The notes beneath the pieces were generated by a model that did no database searches, was not told the origin of the DNA, and was given only the letters and a program-made list of their open reading frames with translations. Of a DNA stretch of 12,905 bases, positions 6,618 through 12,577 are shown piece by piece (the stretch's first letter is position 1; each line of letters starts with the position of its first letter). Source of the DNA: Ignavibacteria bacterium (lineage in GTDB: Bacteria > Elusimicrobiota > Endomicrobiia > PHAN01); assembly GCA_041694835.1 (NCBI GenBank), contig JBGFRZ010000018.1, positions 1 through 12,905 of the forward strand, in the 5' to 3' direction. A program made the position numbers and the translations under genes.

Positions 6618-8014
6618 ATAAATTAGAGCACAAGTGCACAAGGCATAAGAGCGCAAGTGCACAAGTCACTGTAAATCCCCCTGCTTCGCTTCCCCCTTTT
6701 CCCCTCTATCAAGAGGGGTGTAGGGGTGTGTCAAAGGGTGATAGAGTTGGATTTTCCGCTATTTGCTATTTACTCTTCTTACTTTCCACTTTTACCAATC
6801 ATCTGTCCGCCTCTTCCGAAGAAGCCCGGATTTTTCTCAATGCCGCCACGGAGGTATACATTCGCGGCGATTTTGATTCCGCCGTGTCAAACATTGAAAA
6901 AGCGTTGTCGCTTGCCCCCGAAAATCAGAGGATAAAAGATTTTGGTTCAAAGATTTTTTACGATGGAGCCAAATCGTTGCACATATCGAGAAACTATAGA
7001 AAAGCTTTTCAGTATCTTCAAAGGGCGGTGGAACTGAATCCAGACGATGGGCGAATCCGCGAACTGCACGACGTTACGAGGGATTTGCTCGAGAGTGCCG
7101 CGCCCGGGATTGAAAGACGCGAAAAACCGCCGCCTGAGCCCCTCGCTCCGTCGCAAAAAAGAGCAGTTGCGGCGCAGCGCGCTCCCACTGTGGTCAAGTA
7201 TCAACCCGCGCCGCCACCAGCGGAAAAACCGGTTCTTTCGCCTATGTATTTGATAACATTCGTTTCATCTTTTGCCTTAAATTCGATAATGCTAGCGGCA
7301 ATAGTTTTCTTTTTTTCAAGAATAAAAAAACTAAAAAAAGAAAATTCGCTCACAGTCTCGCAACTCAAAGAAGCGGAATCTGAAAAAATGAAGACGACTG
7401 TGGAGTTTGAAAAAATGAAAGAATCGCTGAAATACGAGCAGAACGCCGTCATAAAACTTCAAAAAGAGTTGAAAGACGAGAGAGCGATGAAGAACAAACA
7501 ATTCGAACAGCAGTTAAAATTCGGGATGGACATAAGACAAATGCATCTCGGGGAACTCCTTAAAAGCGGTGTAAAAAATAAACAAGAAGCCGAGATACAT
7601 TCCCGACGTGCGAAAGTTTGCGAACTCATAGGAGACGCGTCTTGCATAGACGAGGAATCTTCTTCATCTCTTGAGATGATACGTGAAAGAATAGCGATGC
7701 AATCATTGGATTTATATAAAACATCGCCGTCCGCATGCTTTGAGTTTTTGAAAGAAATGGCATCTAATCCGAATCCTCTTGTACGGGCGAACATAGCAAA
7801 GGCGCTTTCAAATCTGGCAAAGCCCGAATCTATTGAATTATTGCTTGTTCTGGTAGAAGACCCTTTTGACAAGGTAAAGAGAGAGGCGTTGAGGGAACTC
7901 AAAAATCTTAAAAACAAAATTGATTCCGGAAAAGTGACATTAAGCCCGGCATATTTTGAGAGAATAAAAAAAGCGATTGAAGACGAAAAGTCCGCTGCCA
8001 GATGGATTTTTTAA
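6614..8014 (+). CDS. Membrane-anchored TPR / coiled-coil / HEAT-repeat protein
   Basis: ATGA overlap with the upstream stop and SD GGAGG at 6605-6609. Hydrophobic signal (AICYLLFLLSTFTNHLSA), TPR motifs (GDFDSAVSNIEKALSLAPEN; NYRKAFQYLQRAVELNPDD), Pro-rich linker, TM helix (YLITFVSSFALNSIMLAAIVFFF), coiled coil and HEAT-like units (NPNPLVRANIAKAL; EDPFDKVKREALREL). Confidence 0.82.
   Translation: MNKLEHKCTRHKSASAQVTVNPPASLPPFPLYQEGCRGVSKGDRVGFSAICYLLFLLSTFTNHLSASSEEARIFLNAATEVYIRGDFDSAVSNIEKALSLAPENQRIKDFGSKIFYDGAKSLHISRNYRKAFQYLQRAVELNPDDGRIRELHDVTRDLLESAAPGIERREKPPPEPLAPSQKRAVAAQRAPTVVKYQPAPPPAEKPVLSPMYLITFVSSFALNSIMLAAIVFFFSRIKKLKKENSLTVSQLKEAESEKMKTTVEFEKMKESLKYEQNAVIKLQKELKDERAMKNKQFEQQLKFGMDIRQMHLGELLKSGVKNKQEAEIHSRRAKVCELIGDASCIDEESSSSLEMIRERIAMQSLDLYKTSPSACFEFLKEMASNPNPLVRANIAKALSNLAKPESIELLLVLVEDPFDKVKREALRELKNLKNKIDSGKVTLSPAYFERIKKAIEDEKSAARWIF
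6626..6774. repeat. Octamer array, nested REP-like palindrome and heptamer units inside the 5' coding region
   Basis: GAGCACAA-GTGCACAA-GGCATAA-GAGCGCAA-GTGCACAA; outer stem AAATCC (6673-6678)/GGATTT (6749-6754); inner stem CCCCTCT (6701-6707)/AGAGGGG (6712-6718); GCTATTTGCTATTTACT at 6758-6774 is identical to 5200-5216. Confidence 0.8.
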
Positions 8015-8086
8015 TTGTTTCAATCAATTTTGTCAAATGAGGCTGTGGTGAGTGTAGCAAATAAAAATTCAATCCATAATGTATGT

Positions 8087-8375
8087 AGGGTTCACTGAAA
8101 GTTCACCACAGAGGCATTCACCCCGTTAGATAGCAAGCATCTAACGGGGCAAGGAGCACAGAGAAAAAACTTTACCACGAAAGCGCGAAAGTTAGAAATC
8201 ACGAAAAAAGTCCCCAATTTCGCGTTTTCGTGTCTTCGTGGTTCAGAGTTTTAATAACACAGAACTCACATCTTCGTGGGTGATTTCTCTGTGAAGTTCT
8301 CATTTTTCTCCGCGGCTCTGTGGTAAAAGGTTTTATTTTTGTAAGATAAGAATAATCAGGGTTCACTGACGCTTC
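8087..8375. repeat. Nested inverted-repeat (Russian-doll hairpin) region between AGGGTTCACTGA direct repeats
   Basis: AGGGTTCACTGA at 8087-8098 and 8358-8369; ACCACAGAG 8105-8113/CTCTGTGGT 8316-8324; CCCCGTTAGAT 8121-8131/ATCTAACGGGG 8139-8149; CACAGAGAAA 8157-8166/TTTCTCTGTG 8284-8293; ACCACGAA 8174-8181/TTCGTGGT 8235-8242. Confidence 0.85.
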
Positions 8376-8581
8376 GCTAAAATGCTAAAAATGTGAAATG
8401 CCCGACGGAAATTTGCCTCCCGAATGAATTCCGGGTTATTGGCTTCCCTCCATCCCGATGAATTAGATGCCACATTATTCTATGAGATATTGTAGTCGGC
8501 GATTCCTGAGCAAGTCGAGGACAAGTTTTGTGGTTGCATGGCTTTTTCAGGTTTAAATACCCCGGAATTTTTTTAAAATTA

Positions 8582-8610
8582 TTGACATCCGTATTTTTTT
8601 TTTGTATCAT
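8582..8610 (+). promoter_or_regulatory. Sigma70-type promoter of the oxidoreductase operon
   Basis: TTGACA (8582-8587), 17-bp spacer, TATCAT (8605-8610). AT-rich upstream sequence; SD AGGAGA at 8633-8638; ATG at 8644. Confidence 0.8.
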
Positions 8611-8643
8611 TAGTGGCATTGTAAGTACGAACAGGAGAAAAAC

Positions 8644-9207
8644 ATGGTTGGATATAAAGTTTTGCCTGGGCCAGAATCGTATCTTCCGCCGCCCGCCGCG
8701 CTTATGGGGGTGGATGTTCCGCCCGAGGGGAAAGCCCTTGTTGAGGGCGATGTCGTCAGGGAAGAGGAGGCGATGAGAAAAATCGCCGAAAAAATTCTGG
8801 CAGCGAAAAATCCAACGGTATTCCCGGGTCCGCTTGTTTTGTGGGCGCATTCCGAAACAGCTTGTCGTAAAGCCGCGCTTGTAAAAAGACTGGCTTCCGT
8901 AGCCGGCATGAAAATAATTCCAATGCCGGATTATCGTCCTAAATATCCTATGATAAATCCTGCCGTCGAAATAAATCCCAATCACCCGAATCTCACCATC
9001 TGGCACAATAAAATAGATGTATGCGTTTTTATCGGAGTGCACTGCCATCAGGCAAATCTCGCGCTGAAACTTATACGTGGCGGTACCGACTGCTATACGA
9101 TAGCCCTCTGCGGCGAATACGGCCATGAGGATGCGATGATAACTTTGAGAGATGTTACCACAGATAAACTTGATAAACTCGTAAAGATGGTGGAGAAGAT
9201 AAAATAA
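8644..9207 (+). CDS. Delta subunit (ForD/PorD in Hydrogenobacter nomenclature; CO dehydrogenase beta-subunit-like fold) of a five-subunit 2-oxoacid:ferredoxin oxidoreductase
   Basis: 187 aa with motifs VLPGPESYLPP, AKNPTVFPGPLVLW, IPMPDYRPKYP..NP..EINPNHPNLTIWHNKID.C.FIGVHCH. First gene of a D-A-B-G-E cluster; good SD. Confidence 0.85.
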   Translation: MVGYKVLPGPESYLPPPAALMGVDVPPEGKALVEGDVVREEEAMRKIAEKILAAKNPTVFPGPLVLWAHSETACRKAALVKRLASVAGMKIIPMPDYRPKYPMINPAVEINPNHPNLTIWHNKIDVCVFIGVHCHQANLALKLIRGGTDCYTIALCGEYGHEDAMITLRDVTTDKLDKLVKMVEKIK

Positions 9208-9212
9208 AAATT

Positions 9213-10352
9213 ATGAATTCAATAAACGTGAGACCGCCCGAATATCTACTTTTTGAGGCGAAAAGAGAAACACAGTTTATCACGGGCAGCGAAGCGGTGA
9301 AAGAAGCCGTTCGCCGTGCCAACATAGATATGGCTATTTCATATCCAATAACGCCTCAAAGTGAGAGCATGCATCTCGTCGGAGATTTATATGCCGAAGG
9401 ATATATCAAAGATTATTTCCGAGGCGAGAATGAATTCGCCGTTATGTCTGAGGTGTCGGGGGCGTCATTCGGCGGGGTGCGCGTTTTTACAGCCACCTGC
9501 GGTCCCGGCACTATGAGGGCGTTCGAACTTTTCCCGATGTGGGCCGGGGCGCGTCTTCCCATCGTTTGCGCTTTTATGACCAGAGGTGTCAACGCTCCTT
9601 TGACAATTCAGCCCGACAATATAGAAATGGGTTTTCTTCTTGAAACCGGGCTCCTTATGGTTTTTGCCGAGACAGCACAGGACATTTACGATATGCTTCT
9701 TGCCTCTTTCATGGTTGCGGAGGAAAAAGATGTGCATCTGCCCGTTGGCGTTTTTATGGACGGATTTTTCATAACGCACACAAGAGAGCAGGTGAGAATC
9801 ATCTCCGAAGACGTTTGTCTGCCACCCTATAATCCGAAGACAGCGCCCGTCGCTGTGATGGATATGGAAACCCCGCCGTTTCGTTTGATGCGAGATCCCT
9901 TCGTTATGAAAAGCAACTTCGTCAGTTATGCTGCGCATGCGTCGTGGCAGCAGGAAGTCAGGGCAGCGGCTGTCCGCTCCAAAAAACATTTTAACAAATA
10001 TCTTAAAAGTCCACTTGAGATAGAAAATCCATCGGCAGAAATCATGATTGTCGCAGGCGGCACAGCGGTGTCGCAGGCGCGCGAGGCGATTGTTATGACG
10101 AAAGAAGATGGCATCGATGTTGGGCTGGTGAAATTAAAACTGATAAGACCGTTCCCGTCGACGGAACTCGCCTTGGCTTGCGCCGGAGCCAAAAAAATAT
10201 TCATACCGGAGTTCAACATCGCCGGTTGGCTCGCTAAAGAGGTCGCATCGATTATTCCCGATAATTCCAGGATAATCGGCGCCCCAAGGGTTTACGGCGG
10301 TATGACGATGCCGCCCGAGCTGATAGTCGAGACTATAAAAAAGAATGTCTGA
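9213..10352 (+). CDS. porA: 2-oxoacid (pyruvate or 2-oxoglutarate):ferredoxin oxidoreductase alpha subunit
   Basis: YPITPQSE, ENEFAVMS..GA..GG.R.FTAT.GPG, DGFFITH and a C-terminal transketolase-like domain (GLVKLKLIRPFP). Substrate (Por or For) is unresolved. Confidence 0.93.
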   Translation: MNSINVRPPEYLLFEAKRETQFITGSEAVKEAVRRANIDMAISYPITPQSESMHLVGDLYAEGYIKDYFRGENEFAVMSEVSGASFGGVRVFTATCGPGTMRAFELFPMWAGARLPIVCAFMTRGVNAPLTIQPDNIEMGFLLETGLLMVFAETAQDIYDMLLASFMVAEEKDVHLPVGVFMDGFFITHTREQVRIISEDVCLPPYNPKTAPVAVMDMETPPFRLMRDPFVMKSNFVSYAAHASWQQEVRAAAVRSKKHFNKYLKSPLEIENPSAEIMIVAGGTAVSQAREAIVMTKEDGIDVGLVKLKLIRPFPSTELALACAGAKKIFIPEFNIAGWLAKEVASIIPDNSRIIGAPRVYGGMTMPPELIVETIKKNV

Positions 10353-10400
10353 AACTCCGCGTGCCGCAAAAATTTTTGATTGCGTAAAATAGAGGAAAAT

Positions 10401-11252
10401 ATGTCGGAGCAGATTACAAGAGTGTGTCCTGAATTCGTCGATGTAATGCCGCGCGAATATCTGGAGCTTATAGAAAAAGGTCCGTGGTCGGGAGATAAAA
10501 CCCTCAAAGACACCGGGACTTTCAAGGAACTTGTCGAAGAGCATCCGCTGTGTGCTGGTTGCAATCTGGCTCTCGCTTTCAGAAGCATAATGGCTTCTCT
10601 TCCCAATCCCGCCGACACTGTGATGGTCGGTTCAACCGGATGTAGCAGTCTGATTTTCATGCAGGCCGCGGTTCATAACATCCATGGGCTTTTCGGAAAT
10701 CAGAACGCCATCGCCTCCGGACTCAAGAGAGCGCTTGAATTGAGATTTCCGGGAAGAACGAAGGACGTCGTGGTTATGGCGGGCGACGGCGCCACGGCAG
10801 ACATAGGGCTCGATATGACGCTTCACTCGTGGTTTAGACAGGAGAAAATAACTACCGTCATGTTCGACAACGAACTTTACGCTAACACGGGTGGACAGGA
10901 AAGCGGGATGACGCCCCGCGGCAAAGTCGCTTATATGGCCCCGACGGGCAAAAAATTCAACAAAATTAACATGATAGAACTCGCTTGTGGCGCAGGCTGT
11001 CACTATATCGCCGCAGTTACCTCAGCCAGACCGATGCGCATTGGAGATTCAATCAGAAAAGCGATAATAATAGCCAGAGATTTGGGGCCGACATACGTTC
11101 AGATACTGACGCCGTGCCCGACAAACCTGAAAATCCAGCCGGAAGAGACAATCAAAATGGCAAAAGATGTCGAACAAGAAAGATACGCTTTTTACGAGTA
11201 CATATCGGAAGAAGCCAAAATGTTGCTGTCATCTATGGAGAAAAATAAATGA
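10401..11252 (+). CDS. porB: 2-oxoacid:ferredoxin oxidoreductase beta subunit (TPP- and [4Fe-4S]-binding)
   Basis: Start moved to ATG 10401 (SD GAGGA upstream); 283 aa. HPLCAGC, STGCSS, TPP motif GDG...MFDNELYANTGGQES and C-terminal TPCP. Confidence 0.93.
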   Translation: MSEQITRVCPEFVDVMPREYLELIEKGPWSGDKTLKDTGTFKELVEEHPLCAGCNLALAFRSIMASLPNPADTVMVGSTGCSSLIFMQAAVHNIHGLFGNQNAIASGLKRALELRFPGRTKDVVVMAGDGATADIGLDMTLHSWFRQEKITTVMFDNELYANTGGQESGMTPRGKVAYMAPTGKKFNKINMIELACGAGCHYIAAVTSARPMRIGDSIRKAIIIARDLGPTYVQILTPCPTNLKIQPEETIKMAKDVEQERYAFYEYISEEAKMLLSSMEKNK

Positions 11253-11929
11253 CATTGTCCGATTCGCTTACACAAATAAGAATGTCAGGACTGGGTGGAC
11301 AGGGTGTAGTTACCGCCTCTCACATCATCGGCACAGCGGCCGTCAAGGACAAAAAATACGCTCTCGTAAATCCATTTTTCGGAGCTGAAAAGCGGCTCGC
11401 TCCTGCGGAGAGTTATGTTAGAATAGCATCAAGGCCCATTTACGACAGGGGGGAAATAAATTATCCGAACATAATAATGATTTTTCATCCCCATGTCATA
11501 ACGTTGGGCAAGTCCTATACTATGCCTTTTTATTCGGGACTTAAAGAAGGCGGCGTGATAATAGTGAACTCCGAAGAACCTATCGCCTTGCCTGCCGACG
11601 ATATCAAGAAGTTTAGAGAGTTGAAAGCGCGACTGTATTTCACACCCGCTACGCGCCTCGCCCGTGAGGTCGCCACCACAGACATGGCAACAAATATAGT
11701 TATGGTGGGCATGCTTGCCGGAATAACAGGAGTGATTTCCGAGCCGTCGGTAAGAGAGGCGATAGAAGAAAGATTCGGAGCGAAGAAGTTTATTGCGTCG
11801 GGCACCACCGCCGCTCTCGATGACGCCATAAAGAAAAAATACGCGAAAACCGAAATGCTTCTGGCCGCCAACTTTATGGCGATCTCAGCAGCGATTGAAG
11901 CGGCACGGGAAGCGAAAAGCGCGATATAA
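11249..11929 (+). CDS. porG: 2-oxoacid:ferredoxin oxidoreductase gamma subunit
   Basis: IRMSGLGGQGVVTA, PFFGAEKRLAPAESYVRI, GLKEGGVIIVNS, TNIVMVG; ATGA overlap with the beta-subunit gene. Confidence 0.92.
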   Translation: MTLSDSLTQIRMSGLGGQGVVTASHIIGTAAVKDKKYALVNPFFGAEKRLAPAESYVRIASRPIYDRGEINYPNIIMIFHPHVITLGKSYTMPFYSGLKEGGVIIVNSEEPIALPADDIKKFRELKARLYFTPATRLAREVATTDMATNIVMVGMLAGITGVISEPSVREAIEERFGAKKFIASGTTAALDDAIKKKYAKTEMLLAANFMAISAAIEAAREAKSAI

Positions 11930-11943
11930 CACAGGAAGCATAT

Positions 11944-12138
11944 ATGTATTTCAAAGCGAATGTAGACAAGGAAAAATGCAACGGTTGTAAAATCTGCATT
12001 CTCGTGTGCCCCGAGCCGAATACTATAACATTCCTTTCAAACGAAAAGAAGGCAACCATAGAATCCGACAGATGTAAGGCGTGCAAAATCTGCGTAACGA
12101 ACTGTCCTAAGGCGGCCATCGCCCTCGAAGAAAAATAA
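11944..12138 (+). CDS. Ferredoxin-like 2x[4Fe-4S] epsilon subunit (ForE/PorE-like)
   Basis: 64 aa with two CxxCxxCxxxCP motifs (CNGCKICILVCP; CKACKICVTNCP); AGGA upstream; last gene of the operon. Confidence 0.92.
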   Translation: MYFKANVDKEKCNGCKICILVCPEPNTITFLSNEKKATIESDRCKACKICVTNCPKAAIALEEK

Positions 12139-12199
12139 TCCGCTTCACCGGCAAAACATAGAGCCTGTCCCCGGACTCCGATGAGGTTTGTCCCGTAAA

Positions 12200-12233
12200 T
12201 AGGGTTCACTAGAAGAAGCGTCAGTGAACACTA
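12200..12233. repeat. 34-bp mini inverted-repeat element (possible MITE remnant or bidirectional terminator)
   Basis: TAGGGTTCACT-AGAAGAAGCGTC-AGTGAACACTA, with 10 of 11 stem positions paired. It lies between the convergent operon and tRNA 3' ends. AGGGTTCACT also occurs at 8087 and 8358. Confidence 0.65.
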
Positions 12234-12241
12234 ATTCAATA

Positions 12242-12317
12242 TGGTGGAGCTGATGGGAGTCGAACCCACGACCTCCTCGTTGCGAACGAGGCGCTCTCCC
12301 AGCTGAGCTACAGCCCC
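12242..12317 (-). tRNA. tRNA-Ala (anticodon CGC)
   Basis: Reverse complement GGGGCTGTAGCTCAGCTGGGAGAGCGCCTCGTTCGCAACGAGGAGGTCGTGGGTTCGACTCCCATCAGCTCCACCA: 76 nt, G3:U70 Ala determinant, anticodon arm CCTCG-TTCGCAA-CGAGG, T-loop TTCGA and encoded CCA. Confidence 0.97.
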
Positions 12318-12372
12318 CCGTCGTTGAATCGCAGCGTTCTTTTTTGCTACGCCCCCATAATATTAATATACT

Positions 12373-12547
12373 GAGATTATTGAAAAACCCATCTTTTTCA
12401 CTTAAAGGGCAGTTTCTTAACGGTTAAAAGTTTCAATCAGACCGCAAAACTCCTCGCTTTGCTCGTCAGACATTGCGGTCTAAACGATTTCAACTTTTAA
12501 CCTAAAACTGCCAAATCGTTCAAAAGATTAAGGTTTTTCAACGAGCT
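12373..12547. mobile_element. MITE-like ~175-bp rod hairpin with terminal inverted repeats and a TATACT target-site duplication
   Basis: TTGAAAAACC 12380-12389/GGTTTTTCAA 12532-12541; GGCAGTTT/AAACTGCC; GGTTAAAAGTT 12422-12432/AACTTTTAACC 12492-12502; AGACCGCAA 12439-12447/TTGCGGTCT 12473-12481. Flanking TATACT at 12367-12372 and 12548-12553. Confidence 0.75.
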
Positions 12548-12548
12548 T

Positions 12549-12577
12549 ATACTACCAAAATTTTTATTTCAGCACAA
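12549..12577 (-). promoter_or_regulatory. Putative sigma70 promoter for tRNA-Ala (minus strand)
   Basis: The minus strand reads TTGTGC, 17 bp, TAGTAT with TGG immediately upstream (TGn extended -10), pointing toward the tRNA. Confidence 0.5.

Noticed and set aside
8377-9126. 249-aa minus-strand ORF
   Set aside because: It is antisense to the delta-subunit gene and its promoter, with no recognisable domain.
8644-9207. Calling this gene a true CO dehydrogenase/acetyl-CoA synthase subunit
   Set aside because: The similarity is at fold level only; the operon context identifies it as the delta subunit of a five-subunit oxidoreductase, and no CODH catalytic subunit is present.
10380-10400. TTG start for the beta subunit
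   Set aside because: ATG 10401 has an SD (GAGGA) that lies within this extension.
12242-12262. tRNA 3' end as an integrase att site
   Set aside because: I saw no duplicate of the tRNA 3' end and no integrase in the window; this cannot be excluded beyond the window.
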